IMG/VR virus record: IMGVR_UViG_3300022542_001175
DNA: 59,679 nucleotides
Strand: one strand, 5' to 3'
DNA from: a virus
Shown: positions 25,477-34,188 of the stretch, piece by piece
Layout: each line of letters opens with the position of its first letter
Numbering within the stretch: position 1 is the stretch's first letter
Made by a program: the position numbers and the translations under genes
Notes under the pieces: generated by a model
Database searches by the model: none
Told to the model about the DNA's origin: nothing
Seen by the model: only the letters and a program-made list of their open reading frames with translations

Positions 25477-26686
25477 TTTCTGTTTCCTCCTTTTTGACTT
25501 CTTCTTTTTTCTTAAGTATGCGGATGGAGAATTCCACTTTAGGAGACTTCGCTCGCTGGATAGCTTTAGCGCTGATATATCCTTCTTCTATTCCTTTAGC
25601 AATAAGCTTCGTCACAGGCTCTGAGATCTTAGAATATTTTGTAGCTCCTAATCTCTTAAGCAGATATTCATTATCCAGGACTTCTTTCACGCTTTTTACA
25701 AGTCCTACATTTTTATCCTCTGAAATAGGAAAAGTTTTTGTTTTAGTATGAGCAAAGTAATTCATGAAGACTTTCTTGATTCCTTCCTCTTCCTTTTTTA
25801 ATGCTGCTGATTCTGCTTTCAGATCCAGGAAGCGAGTACTTAAAGAGAGCAGGATTTCTTGTTCTGGACGTTCATCTGTTAGGATCTCTGGAGCTGCTTC
25901 CACAGATTTAGGATCAGGAAATCCTTTCCAGCACCAGTGATGATATCTACAGAATTGACACATGTAATAGTCTCTAGCGTAAGGCTGATCCACGATCTTT
26001 CCTTTCTCGATAATAGTTTCCTTCATCCACATAAAGTGCTCTCTGATTGCTTTCTGTCTTTCAGGATCTGGAGCTGCTGTCCATCCTACTAGCGGTTCAT
26101 CCAGCATCAAAGATCTGTCCTTATATAAGACTCTGAGATTGCGGATCTTGATTCCTAGCGTCTTCAGTCTCCTGCTCCATCCAGCAGCAAGCAGATAATA
26201 CTGTCCTTGATCATAGTCTCCTTGAGCTACTTTAGTCATCGCAGGAGAGTTCTTAGACTTGATTTCCAGGAGATCGCAGATTTGCCATCCGTTCTCTTCT
26301 CCTACTGGAATGAGCTCATCATAGTATCCTGTAGCTCCAGTCTCAGGATCTTCCAGGAATCCTTCTGGATTCCGTCCTCTCTTCCTTTCTTCCAGTCTTC
26401 TTTGGATATCCTGATGATGATAGTTTCCATCAGCAAAAAGCATGAGTCCTTTTATTGTGTAGTCTCTAGCTACTTCTGGAGAATGGAACATAAAATAGAT
26501 CTCTCTAGGACATCGATGAACATCGCTCATGTAGAGATTTCTTCTCTTCTGATCTCCTTTCTCTTTGATCTGTCCTCCTCTTCCATGCTTAGACTCAAAG
26601 CGATAGTTCTCAGATATCCATTTAACTATTTTACTATCTCTTACTACTTTGAGATCCTTTTGTTCTCTTAAAATTTTAGCTATCAT
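25466..26686 (-). CDS. Cas4/RecB-like PD-(D/E)XK exonuclease with Fe-S Cys motif
   Basis: One N-terminal Cys (VHRCPREIYF) plus a C-terminal C..C.....C (YYMCQFCRYHHWCW). This is the Cas4/AddB-type four-Cys arrangement. A DLLEIK core is present. Confidence 0.7.
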   Translation of the reverse strand: MIAKILREQKDLKVVRDSKIVKWISENYRFESKHGRGGQIKEKGDQKRRNLYMSDVHRCPREIYFMFHSPEVARDYTIKGLMLFADGNYHHQDIQRRLEERKRGRNPEGFLEDPETGATGYYDELIPVGEENGWQICDLLEIKSKNSPAMTKVAQGDYDQGQYYLLAAGWSRRLKTLGIKIRNLRVLYKDRSLMLDEPLVGWTAAPDPERQKAIREHFMWMKETIIEKGKIVDQPYARDYYMCQFCRYHHWCWKGFPDPKSVEAAPEILTDERPEQEILLSLSTRFLDLKAESAALKKEEEGIKKVFMNYFAHTKTKTFPISEDKNVGLVKSVKEVLDNEYLLKRLGATKYSKISEPVTKLIAKGIEEGYISAKAIQRAKSPKVEFSIRILKKKEEVKKEETESER

Positions 26687-26701
26687 AGCTCCTCCTTATA
26701 T

Positions 26702-27025
26702 TTATAAATGATTTTCATCTTTCCTCTTTCCTCCTCTGAAGACTGGAAAAATTTTAACATCGAGAATTGCTTCTCCAGTTTTAGGATTAAATTCAGCTCC
26801 TTCGATCTTCTGATCTCTCTTTGTATTCCAGTCGTAATTCCATTTTTTAGCGAACTCATAGAAAGTGCCTCGATTAGGAGCATCGAGTATAGTCTCAGGA
26901 ATATTCGCTATGCTGCAGAGCTCCGCTTTTTCCATGATGTATTTAGGACTCTTTGCTAAGACTCCAAAATTATTCTGCATCAGGATTCCAAAGACTACAG
27001 CTTGTCTCAGATTCATAAATTTCAT
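26702..27025 (-). CDS. hypothetical protein (107 aa)
   Basis: Packed ORF with a 4-nt overlap with the upstream gene. Confidence 0.55.
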   Translation of the reverse strand: MKFMNLRQAVVFGILMQNNFGVLAKSPKYIMEKAELCSIANIPETILDAPNRGTFYEFAKKWNYDWNTKRDQKIEGAEFNPKTGEAILDVKIFPVFRGGKRKDENHL

Positions 27026-27246
27026 ACATCGCTCCTGTTTCTTTCCGATTCTAGATCCATTGGCTTTTGTGTCAAATCTTCTTTCTCCTTCTCCAGCTCA
27101 TCCTTATCCGATTCTAAGCTTGAAATTTCATCTTGTAATCCTTTAATATCATCCTCCAGTTTAGCATAACATCTAGCACAATAACTATCCTCGCCATCAT
27201 CCATAGAGCAGCTACATTGATTGCAGTCTATATCAAATTTGATCAT
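27022..27246 (-). CDS. hypothetical Cys-rich/coiled-coil protein (74 aa)
   Basis: CNQCSC...CARC followed by an acidic coiled coil. Confidence 0.5.
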   Translation of the reverse strand: MIKFDIDCNQCSCSMDDGEDSYCARCYAKLEDDIKGLQDEISSLESDKDELEKEKEDLTQKPMDLESERNRSDV

Positions 27247-27599
27247 GTCGCTGTCTCCTGTTTGTGGATCATGCGCTCGATCCAGTAGCGGATTCTAACT
27301 CCATGAATAACAAGATCATCTTCTCCTTTGATATTAGCTACAAATCCCCATTTGAAATCCTGATAGAATCTCTCTGCTTTCTCTCTATCTCCATCCAGGA
27401 AATCAACTAGGATGGAGAGCGCTGTGTCCGCAGCTCCTGATCCTCCATATCCCCAGTTGAATCCATCGGGACTGTGCTTCTCAATGTGAGGAAGATCATA
27501 TTCCTTTTCTATAGCTAGGACTTTGATCTTCAGCGCTCCTACTTCATTTGTCCTTTCTCCAAAGTAAACTTTTTTATCTTGCTCCTTTACACTTGACAT
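27243..27599 (-). CDS. hypothetical protein (118 aa; start trimmed from 27614)
   Basis: GAAGGAGG lies 6 nt upstream of the ATG at 27599 (MSSVKEQ...). The protein contains GFNWGYGGSGAADTALSIL. Confidence 0.55.
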   Translation of the reverse strand: MSSVKEQDKKVYFGERTNEVGALKIKVLAIEKEYDLPHIEKHSPDGFNWGYGGSGAADTALSILVDFLDGDREKAERFYQDFKWGFVANIKGEDDLVIHGVRIRYWIERMIHKQETAT

Positions 27600-27691
27600 A
27601 AAAGCCTCCTTCATGCAATACTCGGAAGGATTTTATAGTGTGAGGATTTTTCAGACACTATCCATTCCTCCACATAGAATCCTCCTTATGA

Positions 27692-27729
27692 GGAGCTGTG
27701 TAGCGCCAGCTTGCAGCTCCTTTTTTTTT
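27692..27729 (+). terminator. plus-strand-oriented intrinsic-terminator-like hairpin (GGAGCTG/CAGCTCC plus T9)
   Basis: A 7-bp GC-rich stem (27692..27698 / 27714..27720) is followed by nine T on the plus strand. On the coding (minus) strand the run is A9 and lies upstream of the hairpin. Confidence 0.4.
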
Positions 27730-27910
27730 GAGCAGTTTTACATCATGCTCAGGATGCGGTCTGAAATAGTAAAAGAAACAGTATCGCTTCCTAACATCAC
27801 CTCCTTTTTTATGGAATAGAGATTACTCCTTCAAATTTCATGAATGGAATTGATTGAGAATAATTATAGAATCGATGAGATCTGATCATCACACTATCCT
27901 AGTGCATCGG

Positions 27911-27938
27911 ATATTAGCAAACCCTAACTGCTTGTCAA
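27911..27938 (-). promoter_or_regulatory. near-consensus sigma-70/sigma-A promoter with extended -10
   Basis: On the minus strand: TTGACA (27938..27933), a 16-nt spacer ending in TGC, then TAATAT (27916..27911). Confidence 0.65.
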
Positions 27939-27951
27939 GTGTTTTTTTGGT

Positions 27952-27992
27952 AAAAAAAAAGGAGAGGATGATCAGTCCTCTCCTTTTTCAGA
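27952..27992 (-). terminator. strong intrinsic terminator (bidirectional geometry)
   Basis: GGAGAGGA (27961..27968), a 7-nt loop, then TCCTCTCC (27976..27983). It is flanked by A9 on one side and T5 on the other, so the minus-strand RNA gets a U9 tail. It lies about 20 nt after the stop of 28008..28163. Confidence 0.8.
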
Positions 27993-28007
27993 GCGCTGCT
28001 TTCTGCT

Positions 28008-28163
28008 TTAAGATCCTTCTATGAGACAAGATCCTGGACGTGTGCAAGTTCCGATGCGTGGACCCTGAGTATTTGAATTCTTACAGAATCCGAGCACTGA
28101 TTCTTGCGGTCTGAGTGGAACTCTTCTGATCTCAGGTTTTGTGTAGCGTTTTTTCTTCTTCAT
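28008..28163 (-). CDS. small Cys-containing peptide (51 aa)
   Basis: Hand translation gives MKKKKRYTKPEIRRVPLRPQESVLGFCKNSNTQGPRIGTCTRPGSCLIEGS. GGAGGACAA lies upstream of the ATG. It is the last gene before the terminator. Confidence 0.5.
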   Translation of the reverse strand: MKKKKRYTKPEIRRVPLRPQESVLGFCKNSNTQGPRIGTCTRPGSCLIEGS

Positions 28164-28173
28164 TTGTCCTCCT

Positions 28174-28611
28174 TTAATTCTCGACTTTTGTAATGTGAAT
28201 TTTTTCTATAACAGCTTTTGTAATTTCTTTAGGAGTCTTGATCTTTGATATGCTTCTACAATCTCTAGTGGATATCCATGCGAGCATTTTACTCCTTTTC
28301 CATCCTTGATAGAAATAGACTTTATTCGATTTCCAGTTAGTCTTCCTAGTTATTATTCCAACAGTCAAAGCAATAGCTCCAGTCATGGTGAAGAACTTTT
28401 CAGGATTCAATTCCTTAAGAACAAAAACATGGAAGTCAACGATTCCTGAATTGTTTTTTCCGAGCGATACATGAACATAATCAAAACCATTTTTAGTGAG
28501 CGCCTCTGATATTCCATATTCAATGTCTTCAAGACTACGTTTTGAATAATCATCTGCATAAATCGCTATTCCACATAATAAAAATAGAAGTAAGAATATT
28601 TTAATTTTCAT
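28174..28611 (-). CDS. secreted protein or lipoprotein (145 aa)
   Basis: Signal-peptide-like MKIKIFLLLFLLCGIAIYA. Confidence 0.6.
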   Translation of the reverse strand: MKIKIFLLLFLLCGIAIYADDYSKRSLEDIEYGISEALTKNGFDYVHVSLGKNNSGIVDFHVFVLKELNPEKFFTMTGAIALTVGIITRKTNWKSNKVYFYQGWKRSKMLAWISTRDCRSISKIKTPKEITKAVIEKIHITKVEN

Positions 28612-28620
28612 TGTTCCTCC

Positions 28621-29823
28621 TTAGTCTAAGTTCGCTCCACATGCAGGACAGGAAATAGTCTCAGTCAAAATTGTAGCATTGCAAAATGGACATTTCTTGA
28701 TAACTTTCTTTACTGCTTTTTGAGCTTTGATTCCAGCTTTAGCAAACTTTTCGAGCTTCTTTGTGAACTTATCTGCTCCTTTATCAAAGTCTTTGAGGAT
28801 CTTTTTATCAGCAGGATCTTTAGCGATCTGAGCTCCTTTCTGCTTCTTCTTAGTATCTTCCTTCCTACTCCTGGAGATCGTCTTGCTACGCTCCTCTGAG
28901 CGCTTTACAGCAGCTTTTTTTGACTCTGTTCTGATCACTTCCTTAGCTTTCTTTTTGTCTTTGATCTCCTTTGCTTTTTTTCTGATTCCGGTTAGCATCG
29001 CTCTAGCTGCAACTTTCCTCATTCCTTTATCCTTTTGGAAGCTTTCTTCAGCGAGTTCTACAGTATGTTCAAGATCCTTATATCCAGTGAGGAGAAGAGG
29101 AACTTGATAATCGATGAACTTATTCAGACGTTCATTTTTCCACTGGATTGTGAGGAGCGAATTCTCTCTCATGATTTCAGTAGCTGCTCCATGCCATCCA
29201 TGAAGAGTAGTAGCGTATCTCGATTCCTTCACGTAAAAGAGATCATAGAATTGTGGAAATTTTGAGCTAGGAATTAGATCCTGTTTCATAGCAGCTACAG
29301 TGAGGAGAGAAGCTTGATCATAAGTGATCTTAGTCGCCTTGAGTTTCTCATGCCATTTGTGAAACTGATTCATCTTAGGAAGCAGTGCATCCAGCGCTTC
29401 TTCAGCATAGAATTCTATTTCCTCAATCTCCAGACTTCCTGTGTGCTTACGAAAAACTACAAAGTCTCCTGAGAACATGAGATTGTCACAGACAATGATC
29501 CGCTCTCCAGCGCACAGTCCTACACTGTGAGTCTTATCAATTGAATTCCTGATTCCGATTGCAAGAGTGAAGTCTCTCTTCTGTGCTACTAGGACTTCTG
29601 ATCTGCTCCTAACTTCCCAGGATGCGAACATCTTGGAATTCTTTCTGATCGAATATTCCTTTCTCTCTACAGTGAGATTGAACTTCTTGCAAGCTGCAGC
29701 TACAGCATCTAGGACTACTCCATGTGAGAAAGGATGCCATGATTCAGTGAAAGTCGGTTGTGGCTCGGCTCTCACTACTTTTTCCGTCACTCTTTCAGTG
29801 ACTCCTTTTGTAGTTGATAACAT
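28621..29823 (-). CDS. DUF932-family protein with Lys-rich linker and C-terminal zinc ribbon
   Basis: GLCAGERIIVCDNLMFSGDFVVFRKHTG resembles the DUF932 core (G..v.vCsNgm...rH). The C-terminus has CPFC...CPAC. Confidence 0.6.
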   Translation of the reverse strand: MLSTTKGVTERVTEKVVRAEPQPTFTESWHPFSHGVVLDAVAAACKKFNLTVERKEYSIRKNSKMFASWEVRSRSEVLVAQKRDFTLAIGIRNSIDKTHSVGLCAGERIIVCDNLMFSGDFVVFRKHTGSLEIEEIEFYAEEALDALLPKMNQFHKWHEKLKATKITYDQASLLTVAAMKQDLIPSSKFPQFYDLFYVKESRYATTLHGWHGAATEIMRENSLLTIQWKNERLNKFIDYQVPLLLTGYKDLEHTVELAEESFQKDKGMRKVAARAMLTGIRKKAKEIKDKKKAKEVIRTESKKAAVKRSEERSKTISRSRKEDTKKKQKGAQIAKDPADKKILKDFDKGADKFTKKLEKFAKAGIKAQKAVKKVIKKCPFCNATILTETISCPACGANLD

Positions 29824-29844
29824 ATAATCCTCCTTTGATTTTAA

Positions 29845-30021
29845 TTACAAACTTCCAACTATTATATAGATCTCACTCTTTTTGAGATCTCCAAAAGTTT
29901 GCTGATACACCATCAATGCTATCTCTTTTCCTTCATCCAGAGCAGCGTCTATATGTTCTGCTTCTACATCAAATTCTAGTTTTATTCCTTTGTAGATAGT
30001 CTTGATTGAAAAATCTTTCAT
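29845..30021 (-). CDS. hypothetical protein (58 aa)
   Basis: Hand translation gives MKDFSIKTIYKGIKLEFDVEAEHIDAALDEGKEIALMVYQQTFGDLKKSEIYIIVGSL. GGAGGACAC lies upstream, and the ATG overlaps the upstream stop. Confidence 0.4.
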   Translation of the reverse strand: MKDFSIKTIYKGIKLEFDVEAEHIDAALDEGKEIALMVYQQTFGDLKKSEIYIIVGSL

Positions 30022-30599
30022 GTGTCCTCCTTTTCAGACTGTTGTTTTCTGATCCTGCTCCAGCTACTCTTCTTATCACAGTCCTTTCTGAATTTGTGCA
30101 TAGTGAAAGTTTGATATTTTCCCTTGAATCTCTTGCTCTTTCCTTTGTCAATCCTCCATCCACATGCACAGCAGTACGGACGGAGATCTCGCTTCTGATC
30201 TCCTAGCGCTCCAGAGAACATGCGATTAAGAGCTGCTGAAGCTGATCGAGCTGCAGTGAGTCTCCTGATATTCTCTTCACTGATATCAGTGGAGAGATCC
30301 TTTCTAGGACAGTTCCAGCGTGTAGTTCCAAATATTACTGTAGTCCTATTAGATCCTCTGCTTAAATCTCTCTCTTTAATTCCGATTTTTCCACAGAGAT
30401 CATAACGAGAATCAGTGAAGATTAATTTAGATCCTCTAGGAAGCGCAACGATTTTTAAGTTACGATCTTTAGCTTCCTGAGCTCTTATTCTTCTCCATGC
30501 CTCATCCTTCTTTTTAGACAGATATTTATCGAGCTCAGAAAGCTGTCTGTACTCCAGTCTAGAGATCTGCTGTTTGATCCTTGTTAGTTTCTTATCCAT
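30018..30599 (-). CDS. hypothetical basic protein (193 aa; start trimmed from 30626)
   Basis: AAAGGAGGATCT precedes the ATG at 30599 (MDKKLTR...). Confidence 0.55.
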   Translation of the reverse strand: MDKKLTRIKQQISRLEYRQLSELDKYLSKKKDEAWRRIRAQEAKDRNLKIVALPRGSKLIFTDSRYDLCGKIGIKERDLSRGSNRTTVIFGTTRWNCPRKDLSTDISEENIRRLTAARSASAALNRMFSGALGDQKRDLRPYCCACGWRIDKGKSKRFKGKYQTFTMHKFRKDCDKKSSWSRIRKQQSEKEDT

Positions 30600-30609
30600 A
30601 GATCCTCCT

Positions 30610-30849
30610 TTAAAGAGTCTTTCCATCCAGCGTGACAGTGACTACTGTTCCTACGCATCCTGTTCTGGACTTTCCATAGATCTTATCGAATTGAGCTCTA
30701 TCCTTAGCTGTGGAAGTCCATTCAGCGAACTCCGATGGAACTCCATGATCCAAGTTGTCATTCGTAGAACAGTAGATAACGATGCTTCCATCCAGTTTAG
30801 TGAATCCAAAGAAATTTGAGTATGCTACATCCATGATCATCACTTGCAT
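30610..30849 (-). CDS. hypothetical protein (79 aa)
   Basis: Packed ORF. Confidence 0.5.
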   Translation of the reverse strand: MQVMIMDVAYSNFFGFTKLDGSIVIYCSTNDNLDHGVPSEFAEWTSTAKDRAQFDKIYGKSRTGCVGTVVTVTLDGKTL

Positions 30850-31256
30850 CTTAAGCTGATCTTCTTTCCTTTGAACTTTTTCCGAGCAGCAGTTTGAGCT
30901 TTTCTATCAGCATCAGCTCTATCTATAGCATCAATTTTGAGATTTCCTAATTTAGTTCCTATAGAATCAGTCACAGCAAAATTGAATGAAATCATTCTCG
31001 CAGGAGCTTCCTCTTTCTTCCTTTCCAGAATAGCTAATATTGAGGATCTCTCTTCTTCTACATTCACTGGAATAAAAGTCACGTCCTCTTTCCTGTCCTG
31101 TTCCTGGAGCTGGATTGTAGCTAGATCGTGGATCATCTCTTTGATGTCATCTGCACAAATGTCATCAAACTTGAGAATAGATTTGATCCTAACTCCGATT
31201 CTAATGAGAGGTTTTTTATTCCTCTCATTAACGATACATCCACTAAGATTGTCCAT
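30840..31256 (-). CDS. hypothetical protein (138 aa)
   Basis: Packed ORF with AAGGAGGTATCT upstream. Confidence 0.55.
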   Translation of the reverse strand: MDNLSGCIVNERNKKPLIRIGVRIKSILKFDDICADDIKEMIHDLATIQLQEQDRKEDVTFIPVNVEEERSSILAILERKKEEAPARMISFNFAVTDSIGTKLGNLKIDAIDRADADRKAQTAARKKFKGKKISLRCK

Positions 31257-31294
31257 AGATACCTCCTTAAAATTTTTTTATCTCCTCCTTCTAT

Positions 31295-31729
31295 TCATGA
31301 GATATAAAATTTGTAATTCGCATCTCCGATATCAAACTTGATAAAAGAGAAGCTGCTTCCTGCTGGAAAAATGTATCCTTCATTTGTGTCGTATCCACTT
31401 CCATCTTTGATCCAAGCATAAAAACATCGAGCTTTTTTTATAAGATCTCCAGTCATTTTCATGTCACCATTCCGTTGCTTCTCTCTGATTCTTTTCTGCA
31501 GTAGTTCTCGCTTGTTCGCTTCTACTTTTTGAGCTAGCTTCCTTCTAGTCCATTCACTCGGATTGATATCCAGATCTTTAAAAAGTTTCGTGAGCTTCGC
31601 TTGAGCTTCAAAAGCAGCTTTGCTTCCATCTTTATGACTTACTCTAAACATCGCAGTCACATGAGCATTATTCTCTTTGATCTGCTTATCAATTTTTTTA
31701 GAGATTTCTTCAAATTTTGTTATGTCCAT
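31295..31729 (-). CDS. hypothetical protein (144 aa; start trimmed from 31771)
   Basis: AAAGGAGGATCT precedes the ATG at 31729 (MDITKF...). Confidence 0.55.
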   Translation of the reverse strand: MDITKFEEISKKIDKQIKENNAHVTAMFRVSHKDGSKAAFEAQAKLTKLFKDLDINPSEWTRRKLAQKVEANKRELLQKRIREKQRNGDMKMTGDLIKKARCFYAWIKDGSGYDTNEGYIFPAGSSFSFIKFDIGDANYKFYIS

Positions 31730-31739
31730 AGATCCTCCT

Positions 31740-31946
31740 TTAGATGATATTTGGAAAGCTAAATTCAGCATAGAATTCTTTATTACAGGAAGTACATTTT
31801 TCTACGTGATCATCAGTTCCACAATCAATAGTATTTCCACAGTAAGGACAGTTCACATAAAATTCATCAGTAGTTTTGATGTAGCATTTCTGGAGCTTTT
31901 TTCCATCATGCTGAATTATGCCATCAGAAAATTTTGATAAACCCAT
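31740..31946 (-). CDS. zinc-ribbon protein (68 aa)
   Basis: CPYC ... CTSC. CCAGGAGGATTCT lies upstream of the ATG. Confidence 0.55.
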   Translation of the reverse strand: MGLSKFSDGIIQHDGKKLQKCYIKTTDEFYVNCPYCGNTIDCGTDDHVEKCTSCNKEFYAEFSFPNII

Positions 31947-32060
31947 AGAATCCTCCTGGAGAGAGACCGAGAATAAAGAGAGAGGATAAGGATCTAGGAA
32001 GGAATTTCCTAAAGGAAGGATGTAAAGCTAATCTCAGTCTCTCTCTCATGTCTATAGTAT

Positions 32061-32089
32061 AATATAAGGATTTTCCTATAGCCTGTCAA
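32061..32089 (-). promoter_or_regulatory. near-consensus sigma-70/sigma-A promoter
   Basis: On the minus strand: TTGACA (32089..32084), a 17-nt spacer, then TATATT (32066..32061). Confidence 0.6.
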
Positions 32090-32159
32090 GAGCCTAAATG
32101 TAGTGTTTTAAATGACTTGAGGGAGTGGATCTTACAATCTACTATTTCTGAGCAGATTA

Positions 32160-32594
32160 TTAGCTTTTTTTCTTTTTTTTATCTTCTTCTTCTGCTGTTG
32201 GATCTAAAGTAGCAAATGCTTGAGCGACTATCAAAGTGGAACTCATTCCTGAAGGATATCTTCTGTTTATGAGTTTTTTGAGCATTTCGACTTTATCAGA
32301 TTTTAGATCCACAAGTCCATTTGAAGTATGAATTTTTTGAGCGAGATTCCACATATCAAGCTTTTTATCCGATGGAATTTCCTTCGCTCTTTTTGTCATA
32401 GGATCTAATTCCACAGGAGGATTAACAAGAACGTCTGTACAAATTTTTTTCAAAGTCATAGCAGCTCCGAGCTTCAGGATCGGAATATTATCTTTATCTC
32501 TTTTAGGATTTCCGTCCTTATCTTCATCGATGACTAAATCTTTTAGATCCTTTCCGTCCAGTTGTTTAAATTTGTAATTCATGTCTATTTGCAT
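32160..32594 (-). CDS. hypothetical protein (144 aa)
   Basis: Packed ORF downstream of the tail-fibre-like gene. Confidence 0.55.
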   Translation of the reverse strand: MQIDMNYKFKQLDGKDLKDLVIDEDKDGNPKRDKDNIPILKLGAAMTLKKICTDVLVNPPVELDPMTKRAKEIPSDKKLDMWNLAQKIHTSNGLVDLKSDKVEMLKKLINRRYPSGMSSTLIVAQAFATLDPTAEEEDKKKKKS

Positions 32595-32615
32595 TTTAAT
32601 CTCCTTAATAAATAT

Positions 32616-32876
32616 TTAAGAACCGATAGCTTCTATTTCAGTTTTTAATTCAATGAGAAAATCATTCCATTTTGTTATATTTTCTACTTTTCCAGCAAAG
32701 CTATCAATCTCGTCTTGAAGATCATTTACTATCATAGTCCTTACAAAAGCTGGACTATGTTCAATGAAATTTTTGACTTGATCCCAGCTAGTATAGCCTT
32801 CTAATCCTTCAATAAATTTTCTTTTAGTGATTTCTGCTTTCTTGTTTTCAAGTTTTTCTTCTTCTGAATCGGGCAT
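32616..32876 (-). CDS. hypothetical protein (86 aa)
   Basis: Packed ORF. Confidence 0.5.
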   Translation of the reverse strand: MPDSEEEKLENKKAEITKRKFIEGLEGYTSWDQVKNFIEHSPAFVRTMIVNDLQDEIDSFAGKVENITKWNDFLIELKTEIEAIGS

Positions 32877-32904
32877 TTTTCAATCTCCTTTTTTATGATT
32901 TTAT

Positions 32905-34188
32905 TTAAGGAACGTAAGCTACTTCATGCTCTGTTCCAGCCCCATCTTGAAAATAAAGTTTATTATCATCTTTAGTATAAATTTTGCCATAATTAACATC
33001 TGCTGTAGGAGTAGCTATTTCTTTAAGCGTGAGACATCCAGCTTCAATAGAAAGTCCTATCATATTAACTGTAGGAACTAATCCTATTCCTACTTTTTTA
33101 TCATCTGTAATACGGACTGCCAATGCTCTCCCGACTGAGCCTATCAGAGTTGTTTCAAGATTAAGATATGTTCCTTGTTCTGTAGGAGTCCAGTTCTCAG
33201 CAGCTTTAGCGATGACTACGACTTTACTTCCAGTAACCCAATCAACGCCATCGTGTCCAGTAAATCCCAAGAAGCCTAAAGTCGTGCCTGATAAAGTTGC
33301 TCCTGGAGCGTCATAGCTTGCTCCTGAGCATCTCCTCATTAAGAATCCTGGATCTACTGTGCTTTGCAGATCGAATCGTTCATTATTAGAATCGCCATAA
33401 ATAAGAAGAGAACCATATCCAGCCGGCATAGAATTAACATCACTACAAATCGAAAGAGGACGATCTGAATCCAGCACTCCTATTCCTACTTGACCAGTAG
33501 GACTTATACTAACATCTGCAGCTTTCCCCCCTATTTTCGCTCCAGAAGAAAGGACAATATCAGCGTCATAATCAAAGCTGTCCCGATAGATCTCAAGTCC
33601 ATAGCAGAGAGTAGCTATATCAGCTTGAAAATTTTGAGCAATTCTTATCCCTACAGCTTTAGTAATAGCTCCAGACTCGCCATCCAGGATGATTTCAGCT
33701 CCTCTCATCACTGTAGTTATATCGTAAGTTTTAGCGTCTGCGCTTATGGAGAGTCCTTCAAGGACAGCGATATCGTTTCCTGTCTCTCCAGGTCTTCCTG
33801 CTCTTGCTTTGAGCTCCAGAGCTCTTATAGTTCCTGTAGCAACTAGCGCTCCATTTGAAGCTTGAATATAAGCTCCTCTCAGAAGTCCAGTGAGAGCAGT
33901 CACGTCATCTTGATAAGCATCTATTCTTAATGCGTATGCTCCACTTGCGGATGTGGATAAACGGACTAAATCTATATATCCAGAAGCTTCCACTCCCATT
34001 TGAAGGATTTCAGCCCATGCTGAAGTCTTGCGATGATAAAGTTTATCATTTGTAGTTTTAGACCACAGAGATCCAGCTTGAGGATTTGAAGGAGCTCCAA
34101 CTGCTCTCCAATTATCCTTCATTCTTTCAGCTTGCTGGAAGCTGAATATGTCTCCTACTACGAAAGGATCTCCATTTGCTAAAGTCAT
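32905..34188 (-). CDS. tail fibre / receptor-binding protein candidate (427 aa)
   Basis: Lies at the end of the tail module. It is Gly/Ala/Ser-rich and beta-rich in composition, with a C-terminal KLYFQDGAGTEHEVAYVP. The call rests on position and composition. Confidence 0.45.
   Translation of the reverse strand: MTLANGDPFVVGDIFSFQQAERMKDNWRAVGAPSNPQAGSLWSKTTNDKLYHRKTSAWAEILQMGVEASGYIDLVRLSTSASGAYALRIDAYQDDVTALTGLLRGAYIQASNGALVATGTIRALELKARAGRPGETGNDIAVLEGLSISADAKTYDITTVMRGAEIILDGESGAITKAVGIRIAQNFQADIATLCYGLEIYRDSFDYDADIVLSSGAKIGGKAADVSISPTGQVGIGVLDSDRPLSICSDVNSMPAGYGSLLIYGDSNNERFDLQSTVDPGFLMRRCSGASYDAPGATLSGTTLGFLGFTGHDGVDWVTGSKVVVIAKAAENWTPTEQGTYLNLETTLIGSVGRALAVRITDDKKVGIGLVPTVNMIGLSIEAGCLTLKEIATPTADVNYGKIYTKDDNKLYFQDGAGTEHEVAYVP

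Noticed and set aside
26683-26883. 66-aa minus-strand ORF overlapping 26702..27025 in another frame.
   Set aside because: It is almost fully contained in the longer ORF that is translationally coupled to its neighbours. It has no SD of its own.
29969-30206. ORFs 29969..30169 (-) and 30006..30206 (+).
   Set aside because: They overlap the better-supported genes 30018..30599 and 29845..30021, both of which have strong SDs. There are no start signals, and one is on the non-coding strand.
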